A DNA stretch of 64,000 bases from Candidatus Thorarchaeota archaeon. GTDB taxonomy: Archaea > Asgardarchaeota > Thorarchaeia > Thorarchaeales > Thorarchaeaceae. The stretch spans positions 32,001-96,000 of the forward strand of contig JBHLRP010000001.1 in NCBI GenBank assembly GCA_048882485.1, in the 5' to 3' direction. The translations under genes were made by a program, and so were the position numbers. Below the pieces are notes generated by a model. It was not told the origin of the DNA, made no database searches, and saw only the letters and a list, made by a program, of their open reading frames with translations. Of the stretch, positions 20,291 through 30,273 are shown in pieces (position 1 is the stretch's first letter; every line of letters begins with the position of its first letter).

Positions 20291-20353
20291 GGGACCCTCA
20301 GAGCGAGTCGGACCTCCCCCACTCAAGGAAGCGCGAACTCTCTCTGTGGTCCC
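20291..20353. terminator. Long GC-rich hairpin between convergent operons
   Basis: gggacc/ggtccc, cagag/ctctg and gagtcg/cgaactc nested pairings. Confidence 0.45.
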
Positions 20354-20370
20354 ACCCACGCCCTAATATT

Positions 20371-22095
20371 CTAGGAGAATATTCTTCTGAAGAACCTTAG
20401 AAATGGACGACCTATTGATAGAACAGTCGATATCGGTATCACGTTGACAAACTCAACTAACACCTCTCCTACTACAAGCCCCACGGCGCCAGCAAGAAGT
20501 AGGCTAATCTCATCCGTTATAATTAGCCACGGCACGTAGGCTTCCATCAATGTTGGAACAAGTAACCATGCTAGCCATATGAAAACTGGAAACGCAATAG
20601 CCGCGGCAAGCAATATGAGAAGATTGAACCGAATAGACATCACCAATGGTCCAGGAAAGACCTTGTGGGGATTGAGACTTCCTTTGGGATCAGTTGTCCG
20701 TTTGAGCTTCGCCATTTGTCCTAGATACCGCTTTCTAAAGAATGAACGCGAATGCGCGACATTCCACATTCCAATGGAATATGCCCGTCCTCCAGCATTG
20801 ACTCCGATATCAATGAAATCAAGCGATCTGTACCATCCCATAAGAAATGATATCTTGCGACGCTCATCATCCAAGAACCAAGCAAGGACTGCTACCTCTC
20901 CATTCACACTGACTGCGCCCTCAGCCGCCCATTTTTCACGCTTGAAATGCTTTTCGGCTCTATCAAAAAACTCATCCAGACGTTTGATGGGTACGAAAAC
21001 CTCTGAGGGTGCCAGACTTGGCCCAAGCCTTTTAATTCTCATAGGATAGAAGCGCTCATCCCATTCATGTTGGGCAATCTCATCATCCTCGACGATTCCA
21101 TTATGTCGCTTCACGAAATGCCTGAATTTCTCAGCTTCAGCTTCATTTTCCTGTTCGGTTCCCTCGTATGCGCTCAGGACCACCCATTGGCCACTAGTTG
21201 GAGGCGCTTTTTCTAACTCTTCAAGCATTTGATGGAAGCTGTCAGTAATAAAATGCAAATAATATGGGCGAGTGGCCTGAAGAATCTCATTCAAAGCGTC
21301 CAACATGGTTCTTCTGCTTCTGAATGAGGCAACAAGTGGTTTCAATTCTCTTAGAGGTATTAATTTCAGCACCACTTTCGTGATTATGCCTAATGCACCA
21401 TTGCTATCAACAAAGAGAGGAGTCAAGTTATCGAGATCCATTCTTTCTCCATCTGGTGTGTAGTGATAATCATCTGCCCCGAGGTAGTAAGAGTAATCGC
21501 TCTTTGCAGTCTGACCGAGCATTCGTGGAGGTTTTCTGGTCCGTATGATAGTGCCATCAGCAAGTACAACCTCCAAATCTACAACCTGATTCCGAATCCC
21601 GCCGTACTTTGTGCTTCCTATTCCTGTGCCTCCTGCAGCAACCCAACCGCCTACTGTGCTGGAGGGGGCACTTGATGGGTATGCAGTTAAAGTCAGGCCT
21701 TGCTCCTCAAGCCGTTCCAGTAAATTGCCCCAAATGATACCAGCTCCGACTTCAACTGTCATAAGGTCTCTGTCGATATGAAGAATCTCATTCATCCGGG
21801 TCATTTCAACAACAAGGCCGCCTTTTGTTGGAAGGGCGCCACCATAGCCGCTCGTACCATGCCCTCGAGGAACAACTGGTATACCTTGTTCACCACAATA
21901 CTTGAGGAGGTTGGAAACAACCTGAGTGCTCGTCGGTTGCGCAACTGCATCTGCCTCTGTGTTCAAGATGTCCTTGACAAGACCAGGTAGAGCTGCAATG
22001 TCGTGAGAATATAGCTTCCTCATATACTCCTCCGATGAAAAGAAGTCTTCACCAACAATATCTGCAAGTTCCTGTAGCTGCTTTTTTCTCAGCAT
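20371..22095 (-). CDS. FAD-linked oxidoreductase, copy 2, with C-terminal TM anchor
   Basis: VVPRGHGTSGYGG, YPSSAPSSTVGGWV, SNGALGIITK, WDERFYP, DPKGSLNPHK, 2 C-terminal TMs. Confidence 0.88.
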   Translation of the reverse strand: MLRKKQLQELADIVGEDFFSSEEYMRKLYSHDIAALPGLVKDILNTEADAVAQPTSTQVVSNLLKYCGEQGIPVVPRGHGTSGYGGALPTKGGLVVEMTRMNEILHIDRDLMTVEVGAGIIWGNLLERLEEQGLTLTAYPSSAPSSTVGGWVAAGGTGIGSTKYGGIRNQVVDLEVVLADGTIIRTRKPPRMLGQTAKSDYSYYLGADDYHYTPDGERMDLDNLTPLFVDSNGALGIITKVVLKLIPLRELKPLVASFRSRRTMLDALNEILQATRPYYLHFITDSFHQMLEELEKAPPTSGQWVVLSAYEGTEQENEAEAEKFRHFVKRHNGIVEDDEIAQHEWDERFYPMRIKRLGPSLAPSEVFVPIKRLDEFFDRAEKHFKREKWAAEGAVSVNGEVAVLAWFLDDERRKISFLMGWYRSLDFIDIGVNAGGRAYSIGMWNVAHSRSFFRKRYLGQMAKLKRTTDPKGSLNPHKVFPGPLVMSIRFNLLILLAAAIAFPVFIWLAWLLVPTLMEAYVPWLIITDEISLLLAGAVGLVVGEVLVEFVNVIPISTVLSIGRPFLRFFRRIFS

Positions 22096-22106
22096 AGTAT
22101 CACTCT

Positions 22107-23294
22107 CTATAGTTTCAATGCTTCAGCAACAATCTGTGAAAGATCCTTGAATTTGATATCAGAGGACCTGTGTTCAATTCCGTCATGGAATGACATAGTG
22201 CATGATGGACACTCACTCGAGAGAATTTCTGCACCAGTTGCTTCCGCCATTTCAACGCGTCGTGCGGAGATGCGTACTGACATGAGCGCTTCGGTGCCCT
22301 TCAGCAAGCCACCACCCCCGCAGCACCGGGCCTTATTCTTCGTGTACTTCATTTCTTTGAGTGTCAAGCCAGGTATCGATTTCAAGACCTCTCTAGCTGG
22401 CTCATAGATATTCTGATGACGCCCCAGCTCGCATGGGTCATGCCAGACAACTTCGTGAGGATATGTGTGTGGAAATGTGAGTTTACCTTCCTGTATCATA
22501 CGCAATACAAATTGCGAATAAGTCAGGAATTCCATCCCTGCAGTGGCCTCGCGACCCAAAAGGTGTGGATATTCCTCCGAAAAGGAACGATGGCATCCTG
22601 GACAATTGAAGACGACCGTGCTCACTCCAAGACGCTTCAGCACTGAGAGATTATGTTCAGCTAACCTTCCACCTCTCTCAAAGTCCCCGGCTACAAAGTA
22701 AGGATTTCCGCAGCAGAACTCATCTTCACCCATCAAGGTGTAATTAATTCCGAGGCGCTCGAAGAGCTTGACTGTGTTTTCGCCTATGTGAGCTAGTGTT
22801 CCCTTAAAAGAAATATTGCATCCCGCGAAGTAAGCGACGCTCGCCTCCCTCTGGAATCTATTCTCAACAAGATCATCGACCATGTCCGTCCAGAGTATTC
22901 GGTCGACTTGATCTATGTCCATTATATTGTCACTATTCTGGATTGATTTATCAAGATATTTCACTATTTCAGGCCATTCGCCCAATTCGGATACTTCGCC
23001 TCGTATAAGCTGCCAGAATCGCAACAGCGGAATATTAGTTTGACAAATCTCTTGACAGGCACCACAAAGAGTACACTGAAAGATTCGACTTGCAAAATCA
23101 GGTGGGATTGGCTTCCCTTTCTTGATAAGATCTCTCAATTGGTAGAGTTTTCCTCTCGGGGACAATGAGTCCCAAAGAGTATCAAGGTAAGTTGGGCAAA
23201 CAAACGTGCAAAAGCCGCATCTCGCGCAGATTGTTGGCTCAACATCCAGTTGTTCTGCCTTGAGAGACTCAAACCTCTTTGTTCCCATTATCAA
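22107..23294 (-). CDS. HdrD-like CCG/Fe-S protein, copy 2
   Basis: CARCGFCTFVCP, CTLCGACQEIC; GC, CCG, CPGC; HDPC, CCGGG, CPSC. Confidence 0.9.
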   Translation of the reverse strand: MIMGTKRFESLKAEQLDVEPTICARCGFCTFVCPTYLDTLWDSLSPRGKLYQLRDLIKKGKPIPPDFASRIFQCTLCGACQEICQTNIPLLRFWQLIRGEVSELGEWPEIVKYLDKSIQNSDNIMDIDQVDRILWTDMVDDLVENRFQREASVAYFAGCNISFKGTLAHIGENTVKLFERLGINYTLMGEDEFCCGNPYFVAGDFERGGRLAEHNLSVLKRLGVSTVVFNCPGCHRSFSEEYPHLLGREATAGMEFLTYSQFVLRMIQEGKLTFPHTYPHEVVWHDPCELGRHQNIYEPAREVLKSIPGLTLKEMKYTKNKARCCGGGGLLKGTEALMSVRISARRVEMAEATGAEILSSECPSCTMSFHDGIEHRSSDIKFKDLSQIVAEALKL

Positions 23295-23300
23295 TCACCT

Positions 23301-23798
23301 TTAGGGCCATGGCATTCCTAGCCAATCTAGGAATGGTGACAATATTGATGTGCCGTAAACTGCAATTCCTCCCATCGCTCCGATGAGGACCACAAGAAGG
23401 CCGCCCCAGATTGTGAGAAAACCGTAGCTAATGAAGCTAGACCGAATCAGCCAGACTCTATCGCCAAGTTTCGCCCTCAGCAGAACAAGGAAAGCGAAGA
23501 CTTCCATGGCAACAGTTGACCACAGAATCTTGTACCTCATGTATTTATTCAATACCAGTGCTTCCATGGGCCAATCCATGAAGCCAGTCACAGCACCTGC
23601 ACCTAGTCCCAGAAGTCCAATGATATTGCCCCAATAGATATAGGCGTCGAATTCATGGAACAGTCTAGCAAGTCTAGTACCAGGTGTCTGAATCGAATCT
23701 CTATAAGCAATCCTCAGAAACATGTTCACTATTGACAAGGCCACTGTAGTTGTTAGAATGCCCGTGTGGAAATGAACGAATACAGGATGAATAGCCAT
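23301..23798 (-). CDS. DUF2231-like 4-TM membrane protein
   Basis: N-terminal IHPVFVHF, AVTG, terminal GAMGGIAVYG typical of this family. Confidence 0.6.
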   Translation of the reverse strand: MAIHPVFVHFHTGILTTTVALSIVNMFLRIAYRDSIQTPGTRLARLFHEFDAYIYWGNIIGLLGLGAGAVTGFMDWPMEALVLNKYMRYKILWSTVAMEVFAFLVLLRAKLGDRVWLIRSSFISYGFLTIWGGLLVVLIGAMGGIAVYGTSILSPFLDWLGMPWP

Positions 23799-23805
23799 TT
23801 TTAGA

Positions 23806-24435
23806 TCACCTATTTGGCAAACGCCTCATTACTATCACCCAGATGATTGCCATTCCAATAGCAAAACCTGGCACGATAATGGAGAAGAGATTCCACCAAG
23901 TTTCGATCAGTACCTGTTCAGGGTCTGTGGTTGGAGTGGATGGCGTTGTGGGTATCGTAGTGGTGGTAGAGTTTGTTCCAGTATCCCTTGGATGCACCTC
24001 AACTGGTACATCAAGGCTTGTCGAATAGAGGCCCGTTGATGCAGCCCATATTCGAATCGTAAAGTTCCCGGATCTTCGCCCAGTGAAGTCAACGGCAAAT
24101 GATATCTCTCCAACATTGCCATTCGTATCGGTCCCGTCATCATCTTCTACGAGTTCAATTGCGTATATGAACTGTGTATTATCAGCCCACCCACTTCTAA
24201 TGCTAATTGCACCGACACCATTATCTGCATCCAAAAGCAAAGTAAAGGAATCTCCAACAGTTGTGTTCACTGTTTCTGTGGCATTGGATGTCAATCCTAT
24301 AACGCCAGTGTTTGTATGGCATAGACCGCATTCTTCCGTATTGTTTGGGAACGCGATTGCGCTGGAAGCGGCACCAAACGTAATTGCAATCATAAGCATA
24401 ATAGCAGAAATCTTCAGGAGAGGTTTCTTTTTCAC
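23806..24435 (-). CDS. Secreted, membrane-anchored monoheme c-type cytochrome (no stalk repeats)
   Basis: GTG start with RBS ggagtg; signal peptide; CGLCH (24316-24330); Thr/Pro linker; C-terminal TM. Confidence 0.75.
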   Translation of the reverse strand: MKKKPLLKISAIMLMIAITFGAASSAIAFPNNTEECGLCHTNTGVIGLTSNATETVNTTVGDSFTLLLDADNGVGAISIRSGWADNTQFIYAIELVEDDDGTDTNGNVGEISFAVDFTGRRSGNFTIRIWAASTGLYSTSLDVPVEVHPRDTGTNSTTTTIPTTPSTPTTDPEQVLIETWWNLFSIIVPGFAIGMAIIWVIVMRRLPNR

Positions 24436-24786
24436 AGTGGCACTCCCTTTATTACATTGATATCGGGGATGATTCATTTGTTGCTGAGGGGGTATTCCCT
24501 CTGGTTTCGTTGGGGAACTTATTGACCAGTATTTTAGCGTATCGCTACAAACCACCGTCAACTACCGTCGAAAGTATTACATGGTGTATATAATCCTTCT
24601 TGACGAGTTACATGCCGTTACCTTGGAATTATTAATATTCGCTAGATTCTTTGAATTGGTAATCAAACTGGATTCCTTTTCTTCGGAATGGAATCTTGTT
24701 GAATCTCGTTTCTTTTTTCACGATTCATGCTATAATTGGCATATGTTCTAATTATGGCGGAAGTTTCGATTCGATATGTTTCTCAT

Positions 24787-26493
24787 TTACCTATTCAGAA
24801 GCTTATCGAGGAATCTCAGCAAGGGAATTCCCATTGCTAGTGCTTGGTTCAGGGTCATCATCTTTATGACCAGTAGGCCTGCCACTCCGCCAAGAAGTGA
24901 TAGCATCCAAATCAGCTGAATAGCTAGAAATGACACTGGATATGATGATAATACATCAATAACCCAAGTGAGCCCAAGAAGGCCGGGCCCATAGGAGATT
25001 AAACCGAAAGTGAGAGCAAACCCCAAGACAAAACCAAAGATTTGCGAGTGCCAAGCTGCTCGTGCTCTTCCACCAAAGACCTTCAGAGGGTTTAGCATAC
25101 CTTTTGGATCCACCTCCTTCTTCAGGAGTTTCAGACTTTCCATTTTCTCCTCGCCATAGAATTCCTTTGCATGCCTGGTGTTCCAGAGTGCAACAGCGTA
25201 AGGACGACCCTCATGTCTTCTAGCCAATGCTGCTATGTCAAAAGATTTGTGCCAACCTATCGTATATCTGAGCTTCTTCCTCTCATCGTCCAGTATCCAT
25301 ACTAGATATGAGGCTGCTCCATCAGCTCCAATTGTTCCCTCAACTGCGAATTTGGAGCTGCCTAATCGACTCAATGTATCACGATGAAGGCCAGGGAGAT
25401 TATCCACGGAAGTTGTGACCTCAGCTGGGACGAGACTTGGGCCTTGCCTCTTGAATCGCAAAGGGTACAGACGTTCGTCCCAATAAAACTCTGCACGCTT
25501 CTCATTCAGCATTGAACCACTATTCTCTTCCACAAACTTCTCAATCGCTTCCATTCCCTCGTCATTATCAAAAATCGTCCCATGTAAAGCTCCAGATAAA
25601 ATGAACTTGTTCCATTCCATAGGAAAACCAATCAAGGCTGTCAGTTTGGAAGTATGGTTGCTGTCAAGATATCGAAGATGATATGGCACTGCACTATCAA
25701 TCATCAGCTGGGTTGCTGCGGAGAGGGCTTCCATTGATTCAAAAGAACAAGCAAATGGACGTAATTGTAGTTTGGGCACAGTCCGAAGAGTAACCTTTGT
25801 GATGATTCCAAACGTTCCATAAGTTCCTGAAAGCACTTCATTCAATCTGAGATTGCTAGCCAACTTTCCTTTGAGCCACTCTGTCCCCTCATTTGCTTCT
25901 TCCTTCTGATTATCAATATGTGGACCTAAAATCAAGTTTCCAACCCTTACCAATTTGCCATTAGCTAGGACTGCTTCAATACCCACAACCTGGTCGCCTA
26001 TCTCACCATGTTTTGCTGAACCAATACCAAGGCCACCGCTTGCTACAAAGCCCCCAACTGTCGCGGCAGTTGCACTCGAAGGGTAGATGGGTAGAGTTGT
26101 TCCCATGCGTTCAAGAATCATCAGCAATTCCCGCCATGTTATGCCAGCTTCAACAGTGACAGTGCAGGCATAGTCATCGAGATGAACTATCTGATTCATC
26201 TGGGTCAAACTCACGCAGAGTCCCTTTCTCACTGGAATTGCTCCTCCCCAGCCAGACGTTCCATTCCCTCTTGGGACAATAGGCATGTCATTCTCTTTTG
26301 CATATCTCATGAGATTCTGAAGAGATTCGACGGTAATTGGCTGGGCTACTACGTCGAACTGATTGTCAATTATCTGACTAGCTAATGCTGGAAGGTTGGC
26401 AGCATCCTCAGAGTATATGCGACAAGTTTCCTCGTCTGCAGTAATGTTGTCTGCACCAACAATATCCTCAAGTTCTTGTGGAATTGTTCTCAA
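24787..26493 (-). CDS. FAD-linked oxidoreductase, copy 3, with C-terminal TM anchor
   Basis: IVPRGNGTSGWGG, YPSSATAATVGG, GTYGTFGIITK, WDERLYP, DPKGMLNPLK, 2 C-terminal TMs. Confidence 0.88.
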   Translation of the reverse strand: MRTIPQELEDIVGADNITADEETCRIYSEDAANLPALASQIIDNQFDVVAQPITVESLQNLMRYAKENDMPIVPRGNGTSGWGGAIPVRKGLCVSLTQMNQIVHLDDYACTVTVEAGITWRELLMILERMGTTLPIYPSSATAATVGGFVASGGLGIGSAKHGEIGDQVVGIEAVLANGKLVRVGNLILGPHIDNQKEEANEGTEWLKGKLASNLRLNEVLSGTYGTFGIITKVTLRTVPKLQLRPFACSFESMEALSAATQLMIDSAVPYHLRYLDSNHTSKLTALIGFPMEWNKFILSGALHGTIFDNDEGMEAIEKFVEENSGSMLNEKRAEFYWDERLYPLRFKRQGPSLVPAEVTTSVDNLPGLHRDTLSRLGSSKFAVEGTIGADGAASYLVWILDDERKKLRYTIGWHKSFDIAALARRHEGRPYAVALWNTRHAKEFYGEEKMESLKLLKKEVDPKGMLNPLKVFGGRARAAWHSQIFGFVLGFALTFGLISYGPGLLGLTWVIDVLSSYPVSFLAIQLIWMLSLLGGVAGLLVIKMMTLNQALAMGIPLLRFLDKLLNR

Positions 26494-27692
26494 TCTATTT
26501 TCTCACCCCCCTCACTTTTTGAACTCAGTGAGTTTGCCACAAGCTGCGCTATATCAAGTATCTCAATACTATAGCCTAGAGTTATCGTTGCTAAATCAAA
26601 TGCCATCTCGCAACGAGGACATTCTGTGACCAGCAGTGATGCAGGTGTGACTGATGCATCTCTCAGACGCATTTCAGCAATCTGTGCAGAAAGGTGAGGA
26701 TCAATCATGTTAAGGAGTGCATGTGAACCACAACACCTTGTATCCTCCTCTGAAGAAACCATTTCCACCCTGTAGACACCAGGAATCCTCTCTATTACAT
26801 TGCGGGGTTCTTTGGCCACTCCAAGAACCCTAGCTGATATGCAAGGGTCATGATACGTGGCTGTAATCATTGGCTGTTCCTCAAAGGTCAGGCGCCCTTT
26901 TTGGATAAGCTGGTTGATGAACTGCGAAGCTGTAAGAAGTTCCATCTTCCTTGCAGCTGATGTTCCGGCGCTTTTATGCATTGAACTAATCCATGTGCTG
27001 GCGCAAGACGGACAACTAAACACAACCTTCCTCACTCCAAGGTCAGCTAATGCTTGAGCATTCATCTCGACCATTGTTGGCGTTCCTTCAGGCTCGCCTG
27101 CCCACAATAAAGGAGCTCCACAGCAAGCCTCATCGTTTCCGAGGAGGGTATAGTTAACACTCGCATGTTCCATAATTCTAATCATGGACCTAGCAACACC
27201 ATGCAGTTGATGTTTGAGAGATACATTGCACCCTAGAAAGAAAGCAGTTTCGGCCTTTGCTTTGATTCTTGGCCTAATGATGTCTTCCATGCCCTCCGTC
27301 CAGAGAAGTCGGCTTGAACGACCAATCGAGAAGGGGTCTCCCATTTTCTTGACAGATTCACTTGCAAATTCAACTGGAGCGGGAGTGAGGTTTCTTACCA
27401 TGGCTTCCTCTCGCATTAGCTCCCAAAATCGATCGAGTCTGATGCTAGTTGTGCATACACTCGTACAATGCTCGCAAAGTGTGCATAGATAGAGTTTCCT
27501 TGTAAAATCTCGATTAAATTCCGACTCTCCTTGATAGATAGACTTCGTTATACTAAGTTTACCTCTTGGGCCGTAGGGCTCCCATCTCATCTGCCGGAAG
27601 ACAGGACATACAAGTGTGCAGTTGCCACAGGATGCACAAACATATGGGTCATTCTTCTGACCGCTTTGATCTATCGGTCCTGGTTTAGTCAT
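26490..27692 (-). CDS. HdrD-like CCG/Fe-S protein, copy 3
   Basis: CASCGNCTLVCP, CTLCEHCTSVC; LGC, CCG, CPSC; HDPC, CCG, CPRC; start ATG 27692. Confidence 0.9.
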   Translation of the reverse strand: MTKPGPIDQSGQKNDPYVCASCGNCTLVCPVFRQMRWEPYGPRGKLSITKSIYQGESEFNRDFTRKLYLCTLCEHCTSVCTTSIRLDRFWELMREEAMVRNLTPAPVEFASESVKKMGDPFSIGRSSRLLWTEGMEDIIRPRIKAKAETAFFLGCNVSLKHQLHGVARSMIRIMEHASVNYTLLGNDEACCGAPLLWAGEPEGTPTMVEMNAQALADLGVRKVVFSCPSCASTWISSMHKSAGTSAARKMELLTASQFINQLIQKGRLTFEEQPMITATYHDPCISARVLGVAKEPRNVIERIPGVYRVEMVSSEEDTRCCGSHALLNMIDPHLSAQIAEMRLRDASVTPASLLVTECPRCEMAFDLATITLGYSIEILDIAQLVANSLSSKSEGGEKID

Positions 27693-27797
27693 TCCAAAAG
27701 ACTCTCGATATTTCCGCCTTAAGACTGTTCGGCTAATAGCCAAAAATGAAATGACGCCGGAGTACCAATATAATACTCCGGAATCACTAAGCAATTA

Positions 27798-29129
27798 CTA
27801 GGACAGGTCCTGAATCATCTCCCCCGCACACGCTATGCCCGACCTTGATGCTGCTTCCATACTAGCGTAATACAGTCCGCAGTTGGCAAAAGCGCCTGCA
27901 ACATAGAGTCCATCGATGCCTGTCCTATTTGTCTTTAATCGGTCTTCCATAATGCCAGGCGGTTGTGACAATACTGATCTCCAAATCTTCCAGCTCTTCT
28001 TCCAAGTGACCTTAGCTTCCACACCCGGGATGAGTTCTTTCAACTCGTCTAGAAGGATTTCAGTCGCTTCATCATCACTGACCTTGAGGAGTTCTTTGTC
28101 AATGCTAGTGACAGTGAGCAATGATTCTCCTATCGGAGCTAGCACTCCCGAAACTCGTTTCGCTTCAGCAACGATGTTGATTTTCTTGCCTGGTACAAAT
28201 GCACCTACATTGAAATCAAGGACTCTTGAGGAGAGACCAAAGTAAGCAACTGTCGAAGGGGCATAAGTGAACTTTCCTACTGAGTCACTGAAGTCCTTCG
28301 GAAGTTTATTCATGTTGACGAGATTCGGCAACAGATCAATTGGAGTCGTTACGACAACAGCATCTGCATCTGCATGTTGATCCTTGCCATCTTGTTCATA
28401 ATCTACCCCCTGGACCTTGTTGTCTTCAATGATGATTTGCTTTACAGTGCAGTTCACTTTCGGTTCAACAGCAAAGTTGCGAGCTTGAAGCATCAGTGTA
28501 TATGGTACACTTCCAAGCCCTCCGCGTTCAGGATACATCGCCTTGAACCCATCCTCATATGCAAACCTCTGTTTCTCTGAGTATAGGTACTGTCCTGCTG
28601 ATACTTCATCTGGTGTCATGAAAGTGACGGTTCGAATTAGTGGGTCATAGAAATCTTCCTGGACGGATTCAGGAATTCCTTTCTCCTCTGCATATTGAGC
28701 AAATGTCATTTTATCTAGCTCTATAAACTCGTCATCAGCTCGGCCTATGCTCTCCTGAACAATCATCCCTAGGCGAGCCCTGTCAGCTACGGGCAATAGT
28801 CCAAATTTCGCAAGATCCACAGCAGATTTCCGAACTATGTGTCTGTCCCCGCCCTTGAGCCAGACAGCTCCTTCTCCCACTGTAGTCATTCGTATTCCAC
28901 TTCGTTCTAGAATAGGAATCAGCGATTTGAAACCGCCCACAAAGAAGTGAAGCCCTTGATCGAACACATACCCTGACTCGGTAAACGATCTAGCACGCCC
29001 GCCAACAGTCTTCTCTTTCTCAAGGATTGTACATCGTGCTTTTAGACCTTTGAGTTCTAATGCACAACTGAATCCAGCAATTCCCGCACCCACTACAATG
29101 ACTTTCGTCCCCTTTCTTGGTTCACTCAT
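27798..29129 (-). CDS. FAD-dependent oxidoreductase of the phytoene desaturase/amine oxidase/HpnE/HemY superfamily
   Basis: VVGAGIAG, LEK..VGGRARS, FDQGLH, GLYVAG, SMEAASRSG. Confidence 0.82.
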   Translation of the reverse strand: MSEPRKGTKVIVVGAGIAGFSCALELKGLKARCTILEKEKTVGGRARSFTESGYVFDQGLHFFVGGFKSLIPILERSGIRMTTVGEGAVWLKGGDRHIVRKSAVDLAKFGLLPVADRARLGMIVQESIGRADDEFIELDKMTFAQYAEEKGIPESVQEDFYDPLIRTVTFMTPDEVSAGQYLYSEKQRFAYEDGFKAMYPERGGLGSVPYTLMLQARNFAVEPKVNCTVKQIIIEDNKVQGVDYEQDGKDQHADADAVVVTTPIDLLPNLVNMNKLPKDFSDSVGKFTYAPSTVAYFGLSSRVLDFNVGAFVPGKKINIVAEAKRVSGVLAPIGESLLTVTSIDKELLKVSDDEATEILLDELKELIPGVEAKVTWKKSWKIWRSVLSQPPGIMEDRLKTNRTGIDGLYVAGAFANCGLYYASMEAASRSGIACAGEMIQDLS

Positions 29130-29136
29130 TTCTTTC

Positions 29137-30261
29137 TCACTCCTCCACTAGAGATGACTGCGCAAGATCCAAGATGACCTCGTCAAGTTGAATGACCTCT
29201 AGGTCTGTTTCACGTGCACAGTAGCTCAAGTTCTTGAAACAAGATACACATTCAGTAATCATTCCGTCAACACCAAGCTCAACAGCTTCATTAACTCTTC
29301 TCTTTCCGACGGATTCGGATAAATTCGGGTCTAGAACTGTCAGGAAACCTCCACAGCAATTTGAGTTCTCCTTATTGTTTGGAAGCTCGACGAATTCTAA
29401 ATCTGGAATCGCTCTGATTATTTCTCTTGGTGGCTCATAGATACCCAACGCCCTACCGAGATGGCAGCTATCATGGAATGTGTAGGTGCCTTCTTTCCCC
29501 TTGAAGGTCAGGACACCATTCCGAACCATGTCGGATAGCACATCAACAGTGTGATGGATCTCCACGTCAAATCCTGGAACAAGATGCTCATAATGTTCAG
29601 CCAATGTCCCATAGCACCCGCCGCATCCTGTGACTATGTGCTGAATTCCTGCCTTCTTGAACATCTCATAGTTCTGCTGTGCAATTTTCTTGAAGCCTTC
29701 ATCGTCGCCTGCCCAGTAGGACATCAAGCCACAACAGACCTCGCTGGGAACATATCCTGCGTCGACCTTTAGTTTCTGAAGCATGTCTACAACCATCTCT
29801 GGTTGGTCTGGGAACCAGAAGCTCCCCATGCATCCGCTGAATATAGCAGTGTTCGATCTTTCAGGAAGCTCCAAGTCTTCAGCCCAGATGGTTCGATCAT
29901 CGGATTCGTATCCTATGAACGGCGTTCCTTCCTTATCAAGCCAATCAATGACTTTCATTAGGCTCTCTGACATTTCTCCCCCACTATTGAGGAGAGTCGC
30001 CTTAGCGTCATGCCATATGTGTGTCACAGGCACTCCCGCAGGACAAATCGCTTCGCACCTTCTGCAGTCTGCGCAATAGAGCCTTTCAAGCAGTTCCTGA
30101 GGTGGCTTTCTCATCTTTTCACCGTACGCTCTGAGCGCCCTGATTTTTCCTCCCGGACTGTCAAGTTCAGAACCCAATTCTATATACATTGGGCATGTAT
30201 CGCGACAGTAATTGCAGGAGCCACAATGACGCATTACTTTCTTATCAATGTCAACTCTCAT
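29137..30261 (-). CDS. HdrD-like CCG/Fe-S protein, copy 4
   Basis: CGSCNYCRDTCP, CADCRRCEAICP; SGC, CCG, CGGC; HDSC, CCGG, CVSC. Confidence 0.9.
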   Translation of the reverse strand: MRVDIDKKVMRHCGSCNYCRDTCPMYIELGSELDSPGGKIRALRAYGEKMRKPPQELLERLYCADCRRCEAICPAGVPVTHIWHDAKATLLNSGGEMSESLMKVIDWLDKEGTPFIGYESDDRTIWAEDLELPERSNTAIFSGCMGSFWFPDQPEMVVDMLQKLKVDAGYVPSEVCCGLMSYWAGDDEGFKKIAQQNYEMFKKAGIQHIVTGCGGCYGTLAEHYEHLVPGFDVEIHHTVDVLSDMVRNGVLTFKGKEGTYTFHDSCHLGRALGIYEPPREIIRAIPDLEFVELPNNKENSNCCGGFLTVLDPNLSESVGKRRVNEAVELGVDGMITECVSCFKNLSYCARETDLEVIQLDEVILDLAQSSLVEE

Positions 30262-30273
30262 TGTCTAGTCACC

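Noticed and set aside
22588-22604. CPGCH in CCG copy 2 as a heme motif
   Set aside because: It is the CxxC of the CCG Fe-S motif in a protein with no signal peptide
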